From: Dictyostelium discoideum
Taxonomy: Eukaryota
Length of the DNA: 64,000 nt
Direction of reading: 5' to 3'
NCBI GenBank assembly: GCA_000004695.1
Contig: CM000153.2
Span: 4,960,001 to 5,024,000, forward strand
The translations under genes and the position numbers were made by a program. The notes below the pieces were generated by a model. The model was not told where the DNA came from and did no database searches. It saw only the letters and a program-made list of their open reading frames with translations. Shown piece after piece: positions 39,348-51,318 of this stretch. Within the stretch, counting starts at the first letter, position 1. Every line of letters starts with the position of its first letter.

Positions 39348-40625
39348 AAGTGACCAAAGCAATCAAAACTTCAAGTATCCACAAATCTCCAGGTTTAGAC
39401 GGTATCAATGCACTATTCTACAAGTACCACATCAACTCAATAGCAAGAATATTGACTATAGCTTTCAACGACCTCCTCACAAATAAGAAAGAAATCCCCA
39501 CAAAATTCAAAGAAGGAGTAATAACAACAATATTCAAAAAAGGAGATGAACTAAACATTTCAAATAGAAGACCAATCACCCTTCTCAATACAGATTACAA
39601 AATTTTAAGCAAAATTCTCAACAGTAGATTATTAGATATCACCAGTAAAATTATCAACAAATTTCAAAACGGCTTTGTTCCAAACAGGTTCATCCAAGAC
39701 AATATTCAGATCATGAAGGAAGTAATAGAAATAAGTAACAAAAGAAAGAACAATACACTCATTACCTTTTACGATTTTAACAAAGCATTCGATTCAATCA
39801 GCCACAAGAGTATCACAAGAACATTAGAGCATATTGGTATCCCCCCAAAATTCACAGCGATCCTACTAAACCTACTCAAAGATACTAAAAACAAAATAAA
39901 GATCAACGACTTTTTAGTCAATGGAATAACAATCAGAAGAGGAACAAAACAAGGAGACCCAATATCACCAACAATCTTAGCTCTAGTTTTAGAACCACTT
40001 CTAATAGATATCATCAATGATAATCAATCAAGAGANNNNNNNNNNNNNNNNNNNNNNNNNNNNNNNNNNNNNNNNNNNNNNNNNNNNNNNNNNNNNNNNN
40101 NNNNNNNNNNNNNNNNNNNNNNNNNNNNNNNNNNNTAAAAAATTTAATACAATTGAATAATAAAAATATAACCGTTTAACAAACACCGCCGAAAAGACAC
40201 AAGGACATTCATTCCTTGAAGGTCTGATCACAGGTAAAAAAAAAAAAAAAAATAATCATAATATATCTAAAATTTAAAAAAAAAAAAAAATCCACAGATG
40301 GTCAATGGATACCTTAGACATATCAAAATACAACAGAACTGAGAGAATCTTCCCCAATCTCATAGGAATAATAGCACACCAATTATGGAAGATAATCTGT
40401 CACAAATTGTTCAACACTGATGAAAGCAAACCAGAGCCAAAATTCGAACAAAAGGTCATAGAAACAGAATTACTAAATCTCATCGAAACTGAAAAATTCA
40501 TCACACTAAAGAAAATCAAACACGACGAAGCAATACTAAAACACCAATCAAGATCTTCACAAATACAAATTCAACAAAGCCTGGCAAACCCCAGCAGCTC
40601 CGAACCCTCTTCCAATTTAAGTAGT

Positions 40626-40671
<46 letters not shown>

Positions 40672-40787
40672 GTTTAAAAAATTTAATACAATTGAATAAT
40701 AAAAATAAAATCGTTTAACAAACACCGCCGAAAAGACACAAGGACATTCCTTGAAGGTCTGATCACAGGTAAAAAAAAAAAAAAAAA
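39348..40787 (+). mobile_element. 5'-truncated tRNA-gene-targeted non-LTR retrotransposon (TRE3-like), possibly two tandem or nested 3' fragments; contains a 100-N assembly gap (40036..40135)
   Basis: 39350..40035 encodes an RT domain (FYDFNKAFDSISH, TKQGDPISPTIL, PGLDGI, RPITLLNTDYK). After the gap comes a C-module plus A16 at 40136..40246. Then 40290..40660 encodes an ORF2 C-terminal end, with poly-A at 40627..40660, a second C-module at 40672..40770 (about 90% identical to the first) and A17. The whole element sits 81 bp downstream of the tRNA in the same orientation. Confidence 0.75.
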
Positions 40788-40803
40788 GAAAAAGGTTCTT
40801 TTA
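40788..40803 (+). repeat. Target-site duplication, right copy (GAAAAAGGTTCTTTTA)
   Basis: It follows the terminal poly-A of the element. The flanking sequences of the two copies are unrelated. Confidence 0.75.
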
Positions 40804-41936
40804 TTAATGGCTATAAACACAGAATTGGAGATGACTAGCCTCAAAATAACACCACAAACCTATATATATAGGTTAGAATTTCTAACCAGTCAATATCAAA
40901 AAAAGAAATAATTTTTAACCACTTTTTGTGCAAAAAAAAAAATAAAAAATAAAAAATAAAAAATACAGTCTGTGGTGTTTATTTTTGTAACCAAAGCTTA
41001 AAAATTATGGTGTTTTAAAAAAAAAAAAAGAAAAAGAATGTTCTATTTTTTAATATTTGTCAAGGGTTCTCAGCTTAGTGGTTTAATTTAAATAGTCTTT
41101 AGTGTTCTTTATTTTACAATTAAGATTTAAGGAGGAATTATTAATTTACAATATTTTTCTTTTTAAAAATTTTAAATCTTATGGGTTTCTTAGTGAATTA
41201 TCAGATTGGAAAAATTTTGTTATTACTTGATAGCCTGAAATATTAATAGCACCATAATTTGTAAGACCACTTGAAATTGGTTTACCAATTGTAGCATTAT
41301 AGCTTTTTTTATTTAGAGTTAAATTTGAAACTATATCTTTAATTATAATAATAATTAGTAAAAGAGTAAAAATTAATTTTAAAAACCATATAAACTTACT
41401 TAAAATTGTCATTTTTCTTCTTTGGAAACAAATAATAAAAATAATAAAATAAAAAAAATAAAAAATATTTATATCCCTTTAATAAATTTTTATTTTTTTT
41501 AATTATATCTTTTAATATTTATTTTTTTGATAATTTTTTTTTTTAAAAAATTATCTTTTTTTTTGTTACAGTTAATTAGTTAAATAAAATTTTCAATGAT
41601 AAAAAAGGTTTAAAAACATAGATGATCCAATTATGGAAGGAGTCAAAAAAAAAAAAATAATAACATTAATGAAAAACGGTTTAAAAAAAGATTATATCTA
41701 TTAAAAATAACAGTTAACTCTATCATTTATTAGAATGGGTAGCAACATATATTTCATCAGAATAATTTTAAAATTTTTAAATCGAGATTGTGTGTTTTTA
41801 TATTTTTTTTTTTAATATATTTTTTTTTTTTTAATTATTTAAATAAATATTTTTTTATTTGTTTGGGGGTTATATTATTATTTTTTTTATTTTTTTTATT
41901 TATTAATTTAATTATTATTTATTAATTTAAAACTTT

Positions 41937-44900
41937 TAATTTATTTTTTATATTATTTAAAAGTTTTTTATTATTATTCTTTTTAACAAAATGGTAGGCC
42001 AAAGATATTGAAATCACAGCTACAAATGCTACAGAACCAATAATGATACCAGCTAACTGGCCAGAAGAAAGACCAGATTTTGAATAAGTACAAATATTAT
42101 TTGAATTTGAGTTTTTACTATGATCAATAAGTAGAGAAAAATCTTTTTTTTTTTTTTTTTTTTAAAAATATATAAATAAAAAATAAATTAGTTATTATTT
42201 AGAATAATTAAAAATAATTTTAAAATTTTTAATTATTATTTACCCGGATCAATAATAACATATTCTTTATATTGAGGTATTGAAATTGCTATAAATAATT
42301 GATCTGAATGTGGTGTTGTGTCTATTGTTTTTAATGAATTAAATTCTGATTTTTCTAATATTGTATTTGAAATTGATTTTGGTAAACCATCAATTAATGC
42401 TCTTTTTATGAATCTACCATATAATGAATGATCACCTACTTTAATTTTTAAGTAATTTGAATTATCAATAGAATTTGTTTCACCAAATTCATTTCCAGAA
42501 CAAATATCATTAGTTTTTGAAGATAAAAGAGATGCTGACATAATTAATTCAAGTTGATTTAATTGATTTTTAAAATTATAATTTGAAAATGAAATTGTAT
42601 ATTTTATAGTTGATGGATTCATAATGAGTGATTGATTTGCAAATGAAATATTTGTTTCTTTTGTAAACCATTGTAAAGTTGTATTTATATAGGTTGTTGT
42701 TGTTGAAATTCCATCAATAGTAGTTGGTGGAACAATGATTGATGTTTGGTATAGGTTAGTTTCATTATTAATTTTTGTAAGGTTCCACTTTTCAAAATAA
42801 TATTCATTTACAACCTTTGAATTAAAATCAATTTCTCTAATTCCAATCAATGAAACAATTGATTTAAATGAATAATCTTGAATATTTGATGTTGATGTTG
42901 AATTTGGTGTTATTATAATTTCAGTGGTTGGGTCATTTGGATTTGGTTTTGGTTGTGGAATTATGATTACTTGTGAACTACAATCATTACCAATCCAAGG
43001 TGAATAGCAAACACATCCAACATTTGTTAAACAATAACCTTGATTTTTACCACCACAAATTGGTTCACCAAAACATAATTGTGGTGGATTTGTTGGTAAT
43101 GGAGTTGTTGGTGTGGGTGTTGGAGGTAAATCATATGATATATTGAAAATTTTTGGTACAACTGTAAATTTGTTTGAAATGGAAATTAGATTTCCACTCA
43201 TATCAAATTCCATAATATAAATTATAAATGGTTTTGTAGTTGCATTTACCATTACCGAAAAAGCACTAGAGTATACAGTAATTGGGGGTTGTTCATATTT
43301 ATTTAATGTTTCAGTGTAATTGATATAAACAACAAATGAAGAATACATATTTCCATTAGGATCAATAAAATCTTTATAAAAATTACTACCCAATACCCAT
43401 AATAAACCACCTTTTTCATTAATTGTACTTGTATCTGTAATAGTCATAGTATCAGGCATAAAATCAATAATTAAACCATTATATCTATTTGTCCAACCAT
43501 TTGATCCCAGTGTGTGAGAAGAGTAACCACTATAGTATCCTAAATTATTTATAAATCCATAAACACTAAAAATAAATTCACTTCTAAAACCAAAACCATA
43601 TGGTACATTAATACTACATGTATATCTACAAGTATTTATAGAAGATTGAGAAAATAATTTTGAATAACATTTAATAGAATCAAAAAATAATGTAGATATG
43701 TAAATAATTGGAGTTTGATCAATTCTAATACCAGAATCCAAATCTGTTACAGTGAAATTAAAATTGAAAACACCATTTGGAAATTCATACATTTGGAAAT
43801 CTGTTAAAAATGGAACTGTATTACCACCGGTATTTGAACAAAAGTTTGGGACAATTCTATTATTGAAATCCATAAAATTAATGAACGGATTTTGAATTGG
43901 TTCTACAACATTACCATTTTCTGAAAATATAGCTCTATTCATTTGAGTATCATATAATTCAACATATGTGATTGAATAATTTTGTGGAACACATGATAAA
44001 GGGATTGGTATCCATAATTGATAAAAACCAGATTTATCATCACCACTTGATAATTTAACATTAATTTCATTTCGAAGTAACTGTCTCTTATAATTTTGTC
44101 CTGTTGGTTCTAAATAGAAAATATAAGTTGAACTATCTAATTCACCTGAAATTTTAATAGTACCATTTTTAAAACCATTGATTGGATCATAAATATTAAT
44201 TTTCAAACCAACTTCAAGACTAGTTGAAATTACACTTAAATTATTTATTACAGGACCATATCCATCATAATTTTTACTAATACAAGTTAATTGAACTGAT
44301 TTTGATAGGTATGAACTAAAAAGTGTTGCTAAATTTCCATCAACGATATCTTTTATATATGACCATCCACCAAATACTAATTTCCAAGGAATAACTCCAC
44401 TTTGAGTATTTGATGGTATTTCAAATTCAACTTGAAATAATTTAATTGTTGAATTCCATTTTGAATAATAAACTTTACCAATACCATCATTCTCTATTTG
44501 ATTTAATGAAACCCTATCTAATAATTGAAAACCAATAACTCTTTCCTTTTCAATTGGTTTTGTAAAATTAAAATAAATTATATTTGAAACTGTTTTATTA
44601 GTAATATCAACAACTTGATGTAAATAACTTAAATCACTTATTGAAAATATATCAACATCTAAAATTAATAAATAATAATTATAATTTGTTAATATAAATT
44701 TAAAATAAAATGTAAAAAATTCTTTTTTTTTTTTTTTTTTTTTTTTTTTCAAAAAAATTTACCTTGTAATTTTGGTGGGTATGGTATTCTTTTTAGTGAT
44801 TTTGGACTTGTAATTTCACCAATTTTAAAATCTTGAGTATATCCATAAATATCTTCATATGTTATTATCTCTGGATAATGTAAAAATGTATCAATTACTA

Positions 44901-45571
44901 TTTCATAGGTATAATAATCTGTTGAAATAAAGGTATCCATTGAAGTTGATTGTGCAACCAATCTTTCATGACCATATTCTTTATTATTAATAATAAAACA
45001 TTTTAGCATTAAAGTTTTGTCTATTTGGATTTGAAATAAATATTTAAATTCAAATAAATGAATAACATCTACTGAATATAATGTTGGTTGTTTTATAACA
45101 GCTATTGTTATGAAAATATAAAAATAATATTAATATTAATATTTTTCATTTAAATTTTAAAATAAGAATATAAAAATTAATAAATAACCTTACAAATTGG
45201 AGATGGAATGTTAAAAAAATAATTAAATGGTTGAATTGAAAAACGACGAGTCTTTGAAGTTTCATTTGGTAAAAGGAATGATATTGAAAGTGAAAATCCT
45301 TTTAAATTTGAACCATCTTCAAAACCAAATGGAAAAGTTTCTTTTAATAACCCCTTGTCATATATTTCATATGTATACACTGAAAGATCATACTTTGAAA
45401 CATTGATAAATTGTGTTAGAATTAAATTTCCTTTCGGAGTCAACAAAATATGAGACTCAACGAAAATATAGTTAAAAACCAAAAATTTTTCTTTTTTTTT
45501 TTTTTTAAAAAAAAATAATATGTTTGTTAAAAAAATAAATAAATAAATAAATAAATTAATAAATAAATTAA

Positions 45572-45614
<43 letters not shown>

Positions 45615-45948
45615 AATTAATAATACCAATTATATATATATCGTTTGAACCAATAGAACTCCTCAAAGTTTCATTATAATAAACATAAACATTAGCATTC
45701 GAATTTTTTACAAATAAATATCCAACTGGATTTATATACGTTGTTGTACCATTAATTGAAAAGATTGGTTTTGGTTCATTAATTGAAAAATCATTGTTTA
45801 CAAAAATAATAATTGGATCAATATCTGTAGTTTGAGTTGAAACTGTTTGCAATGGTCCAAACCCATTACCCATTACTTGATATGAAGTAGTTCCAGGTGG
45901 ATATGTTTCTAATTGATATGAAAATTCGTCACTATTTCCTCTTGCTAT

Positions 45949-45994
<46 letters not shown>

Positions 45995-46356
45995 AATTAA
46001 TTAATATTGGAAAATTAAATTAGATATTTAAAAAAAAAAAAAAAAAAAAAAAATAAGAAATACATTACATTCATAAAGATATGGAATTATAATATTATAC
46101 CAAGATTCACCACCATCTGACACATTAAAAAAATTAAATTCCATATTACCACCAGTATAAAATGGTTCAATAATAATTTTAAATGAATTATATGAAATTG
46201 GGGAAAATGCCCTCTCTGCATGTGGGTCTTGTAATCCATTTAATGGTCCATTTAATCCATCAATTATTAATATTGCACAACCATCATCTGTAAATCTATT
46301 TGATCTTAAATTTGGATATACCCTAAATTTCATATTATTAAAATCAATAGCTACAT

Positions 46357-46404
<48 letters not shown>

Positions 46405-46849
46405 AATTAATATTTATTATTTTAAATAAAAAAAAAAAAAAGTATTAAAAAAAATAAAATAAAATAAAATAAAATAAAATAAAATAAAATAATTTACCTA
46501 AACAATTAAAATTAATAGTTAAAATGTCCTCACCATTATCGACCTCACCAGTGAAATTTCCAATTGGAAAATTCCAAAGTTTAACAGTGAAAATAATAAA
46601 AGAATCATTTCTAATATTTGGTTCTCCTGTGGTATTATAAAAACTTGTAAATTTTAAACCACTTGCAATTGGTGATAAAAATTCAAACTTAAAATCACAA
46701 ACGGGGTCATTAGATCCTAATTGATATTTATTATAAGTTGAAAACTTTTGATCAGATACATCTATTATTTTTGTTTTAACTGAAATTAAATTGTTTAAAA
46801 AAAAAAATAATAATAACAGTGTTTGAATGATTTTTATTTTGCGATCCAT
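41937..46849 (-). CDS. Large multi-exon type-I membrane glycoprotein with EGF-like module and C-terminal TM (at least 8 exons; exon borders approximate)
   Basis: The signal-peptide exon starts at 46849 (MDRKIKIIQTLLLLFFFLNN). Exon pieces lie at about 46333..46040, 45873..45640, 45480..45200, 45120..44760 (ending CAAG|GTAAAT), and the main exon about 44650..42244 (ending CCGG|GTAAAT at 42243). A 101-nt intron leads to the last exon 42142..41937, which encodes TM LAGIIIGSVAFVAVISISLAY plus a K/N tail. The EGF-like module is CFGEPICGGKNQGYCLTNVGCVCYSPWIGNDCSS. Confidence 0.5.
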
Positions 46850-47467
46850 TTAGAAAAATAATGAGAAATGACCATTTAAAAAAAAAAAAAAAAACAATTG
46901 CTTTGAGGGAAAAAAAAAAAAAAGAAAAAAAAAATCAAAAAAAAAAGTCAAAAAAAAAAAATCTAAAAAATAATTTAATGAAGATATTTTCCTGATAAAA
47001 AAAAAAAAAAAATTCGAAGAACAAATAAAAACCATATCTAAAAAAATATTTTTTTTTTTTTTTTTTTTTTCTCTTTAATGATAATTCTTATTTTAATTTT
47101 TATTTTTTTTTATTAACCATCATTCTTTTTCAATTTTTTTTGACCAGATATTAAAAAAAAAAATTGGAAAAAATATTTATCTTTTTTTTTTTATTTTAAA
47201 AGGTATGGTGAAAACTCTTTTTTAATCTTTTTTTAATAAAAAAAAAAAAAAAACTTAAATTTACATTATTTGCAAATCAAAAAAAAAATTAAAATAGAAA
47301 TTAATTTTTTCTTTTTTATTTTCATTTTATTTAATAACCAATTCTTTGAATAATTTTTTTATTTTTTTTTTTTTTTTTATTTTCCACTTTTTTTTTTTTT
47401 TTTTTTTTTTTTTTGATTTTTATTTTTTTTAAAAAAAAATAATTATATAAAAATTTCCATAGAAATT

Positions 47468-48733
47468 ATGCAAGATAATAGTGATAAATTATTCTTTAAA
47501 GTATGGAAAAATATAGTAATTAGGAATGAAATAATTAGAAATATTAGATTATTTAAAGAACATAGTGGCTCAAAAGAATTTTATAGATTAGTTAATTATA
47601 AAGCATATAAAAATAAAGATTATATAACTAATATGACCATTGGTATTAAAGAACCTATTACAGTGAATTTACTACCACCTTATTTAGACAAGTTAATTTT
47701 CTATGCACAAAATGGTCAAATAAAAGCAAATTCAATACCAAACTCAGTTAAAGAATTAATATTTAGTGGTAGTTTTAATCAAGTTATTGCATCAACAACC
47801 ATACCCAAAAATGTAGAAACCATTCAATTTGGGAATTACTTCAACCAACCACTTCCAATTGGGTCGCTTCCTCAATCTATTAAACGTTTAGAATTTGGTA
47901 ATGATTTCAATCAAGAGATTCAATTAGATAGCTTACCAAAATCAAGATTGGAGTATTTAAAACTAGGTGTTTCATTCAACAAATTATTAAAACCAAATTA
48001 CTTACCAAAATCATTAACACATTTAATATTATCAAATGACTATGACCACCATATTGATATTAAAGATGTACTGCCAGATAGTGGGAATTTGTTAATACTG
48101 AATTTAGGTGAAAATTTCAATAAACCTTTGAGGAATCATCCACTACCCTATTCAATCACTCATTTAGTATTATCATCATCATTCGATCAGCATTTATCGG
48201 CTGGTATATTACCACAATCTTTAAAGAGATTAGAGTTTGGTAAAGATTTCAATAAACCTATCAATGTTGGTGTTTTACCTGACAAACAATTGGAATCGAT
48301 TATATTTGGTTACTCATTCAATCAACAGATTAAAACTCAAATTTTACCAAACACTTTAAAAGAAATAAAATTTGGATTTAGTTTTAATCAAATTATTATA
48401 GAGAATTCATTTCCTCAACAACTACTTTCATTGGAATTTGGTGGTTCATTCTCAAAACCAATTAATAATTTATTACCAACTTCACTTGAATCTTTAAAAC
48501 TTGGTTATAATTGGGATTTTTCAATTTCAAATCAAACATTTTCATATTTATCATCATTACATTCTTTAGAATTTGGTTATAGATTTCAAAGAGAATTTCC
48601 TCCTTCATCTTTACCAGATTCTTTAACTTTTTTAAAATTTGCTTGTTCAAATAATAAACTTCAACAATCATCAATACCTAAAACTGTAAAAATTTTAAAA
48701 ATTGGTACAATAGAATATAAAATGCATCAATAA
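47468..48733 (+). CDS. FNIP-repeat-containing protein (421 aa)
   Basis: It has about 12 tandem ~22-aa repeats with the FN(Q/K)x(I/L)...LPxSLxxLxFGxxFNQ signature of the Dictyostelium FNIP repeat family. Confidence 0.8.
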   Translation: MQDNSDKLFFKVWKNIVIRNEIIRNIRLFKEHSGSKEFYRLVNYKAYKNKDYITNMTIGIKEPITVNLLPPYLDKLIFYAQNGQIKANSIPNSVKELIFSGSFNQVIASTTIPKNVETIQFGNYFNQPLPIGSLPQSIKRLEFGNDFNQEIQLDSLPKSRLEYLKLGVSFNKLLKPNYLPKSLTHLILSNDYDHHIDIKDVLPDSGNLLILNLGENFNKPLRNHPLPYSITHLVLSSSFDQHLSAGILPQSLKRLEFGKDFNKPINVGVLPDKQLESIIFGYSFNQQIKTQILPNTLKEIKFGFSFNQIIIENSFPQQLLSLEFGGSFSKPINNLLPTSLESLKLGYNWDFSISNQTFSYLSSLHSLEFGYRFQREFPPSSLPDSLTFLKFACSNNKLQQSSIPKTVKILKIGTIEYKMHQ

Positions 48734-48975
48734 TTAAAATTTAAAATTGTATTATTAAAAAAAAAAAACCATCTTTTTTAAAAAAATAAAAAAAAAAAAA
48801 ACAAAAAAAAAAAAAATAAAAAAATAAAAAAAAAATAAAAACTAATTCTGGTTTTAACCGAAAATCTAAAAAAAAAAGATATTTTGTTTTCAGAATTTTT
48901 TTTTTTTTTTTTTTTTTTTTCTATTCATTAATACAAATATTGTAAAATAAAATATAAAAAAATAATAATAAAATA

Positions 48976-49655
48976 ATGGAATTTAATTTTAATTCAAATT
49001 ATCCAGTTTTAGAAAGTGAAAGATTAATTTTAAAAAGAATTACAAAAGAACATGTTGATTCAATTTTTTTAATGCGTTCTGATAAAGAGAGTATGAAATT
49101 TGTACCAAGAGTATTAGCAAAATCAAAAGATGATATTATAGAATGGATTGAACAAAGTGATAAATTAACTGAATCAAATGATTTAGTAAATTTTGGTATA
49201 TTTTTAAAAGAGAATCCAAATGTAGCAATAGGTATAATTGGTTTCGTTAGAATGAATAAATCAAATCATCGTGGTGAAATTGGTTACCTTACACATTCTA
49301 TTCATCATAGAAAAGGTTACACTTTTGAGGCTTTAAAATTACTTGTTGATTTTGGTTTTAATATTATGAATTTTCATACAATTGGTAAATTTATTTATTT
49401 ATTTATTATTTGTTATTATTTTATTATTTATTATTTATTATTTTATATATTAACACATATTTAATTTTTAAAAAATTTAAAATAAAAATAGAGGCTTGTA
49501 TTGACCCATTAAATGAACCATCAATTAATTTAATAAAAAAGATAGGATTTAATTTGGAAGCTCAATTTAAAGAAAATTTTTATCATCCAATTTTAAAAGA
49601 ATTTAGAGACACAAATGTATACTGTAAAATTAATCCAAATCATATAAAAAATTAA
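48976..49655 (+). CDS. GNAT-family N-acetyltransferase (RimJ/RimL-like); model join(48976..49384,49492..49655)
   Basis: Motif A is HRGEIGYLTHSIHHRKGYTFEALKLLVDFGF. Exon 1 ends ATTG|GTAAAT at 49385. The 107-nt AT intron ends AAATAG at 49491 in phase 1. Exon 2 is (E)ACIDPLNEPSINLIKKIGFNLE. Confidence 0.75.
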
Positions 49656-49905
49656 AATTAAAAAATTAAAAAATTAAAGATTAATTAAAATTATATTATA
49701 TTTGTAGATAATTAATTAATTAATATCTTTTAAACCTTAAAGAAAAATCCTAAAAATTAAATTCTGAATAAGAACCACAAAAAAAAAATAAAAAAAAAAA
49801 ATAAAAAAAATATTTATTTATAAATAAATTTTATTATTTGTTTTTTTTATTTTTATATTTTTTTTTTTCTTTCTTTACAAAATAAATAATAATTTTAATA
49901 AAACT

Positions 49906-50609
49906 ATGAAATTAACTTTATTAATTTCAATTTTAATTATAGAATTAATAGACTTTACTTTTGGTATAAATGAAAACAAGTGTTTCAAGTTTGGTCATGC
50001 TTGTAAAGATAAAGTAAAGTTTGATGTTACTTGTGGTGAAAATTTTGCTTGTTTACCATCCCATGAGAATAGTCAAGATTTCATTTGTAAACCAAGATTA
50101 AAACTTGGAGAAACTTGTTTTAATGAATTAAGTAATGTATGTGAAAGAGGATTACAATGCCTTCCATCAAAAACATTCAATTATGGTGTTGATGAATATG
50201 GTGATTTTGATATAGATTCTCCCAATAACTTAACTTGTGTTGATGCTGGATATGCAGGAGAGGGTGAATTTTGTCAATCAGATTATAATTGTATTGGAAC
50301 TGGTTTTTATAATTTAAAATGTATAGATTCTAAATGTCAATTATATGGTATTGAACGTAGTGAATATATTACTTGTATCGATTATTATAATTGTCCAGGT
50401 CCAAATACATGTGCTTCATTAGGTTTTGATAATGGAAATTACATTTCAAAATGTGTGCCTTTAAAACCATTAAAAAGTGATTGTAAAACTCAATCAGAAT
50501 GTTTCATTGGTGGTATATGTTCAAGTGAAAATAAATGTATTTCAAGATATTCAAAGAAACTAAATGAAAATTGTTTATATAATAGTGAATGTGATTTTGG
50601 ATTAAAAGT

Positions 50610-50689
<80 letters not shown>

Positions 50690-51103
50690 TTAACAAATAA
50701 TAACTCCTATTTTTACCAATACAATAAGTGTGAAACTACAATTTATCATTATTTTCCAAATGGTACATTTAAAAATTTTGAAGAAATTAATAAATGTGTA
50801 CCATTGATCTATTCAAAAACAACAAATTGTTTAGATGAAGGTTGTCAAGAATATGAATTTTGTAATGGTGCAACAAATAAATGTTATCCTAAAAAGAAAT
50901 ACACAAATGATTGTAAAAAAGCAGAAAAAGAAAGAGATTCATGCTACATTTCAAATAACTGCTTCTTTTCAAATGAACAATATGATTTACTATCTTCTGA
51001 TTCTCCATTTTCAAATGAAAATTCTTGTCAAATGAAACATTGTAAATGTCAAACAATCAATTATTTTAACCAATGTCAAAATACATATACATTTTGTCAA
51101 TAA
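49906..51103 (+). CDS. Secreted Cys-rich repeat protein; model join(49906..50607,50729..51103)
   Basis: It has a signal peptide MKLTLLISILIIELIDFTFG and about 40 Cys in repeated CxxxxC...C modules. Exon 1 ends AAA|GTAAGT at 50608. The intron is 121 nt with a poly-A core and ends AATAAG at 50728 in phase 0. Confidence 0.65.
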
Positions 51104-51190
51104 AACCTTTGATAATAAATATATATTAAAATTTCATTTTTACCTTATTATAATTTTTTTTTTTTTTTTCAATTCTCCCTTAATATCACT

Positions 51191-51224
<34 letters not shown>

Positions 51225-51318
51225 CAAAAAACTCGTTTAAACGACTTTTTTTTAATTTTTATTTTTTTTATTTTTATTTTTTATTTTTAATTAAAAAAAT
51301 CATTGATGATTAAAAACG

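Noticed and set aside
40028-40231. ORF translated across the N run (XXXX...)
   Set aside because: It is an artefact of translating the 100-N assembly gap.
41179-41412. 77-aa minus-strand ORF with N-terminal hydrophobic segment
   Set aside because: It is possibly a small secreted peptide. However, it is isolated, short and adjacent to retroelement debris, so evidence is insufficient.
45177-45629. ORF with the FIYLFIYLFIY repeat
   Set aside because: The repeat part is a (TAAA/TTTA)n intron microsatellite. Only the C-terminal portion belongs to an exon of the large membrane-protein gene.
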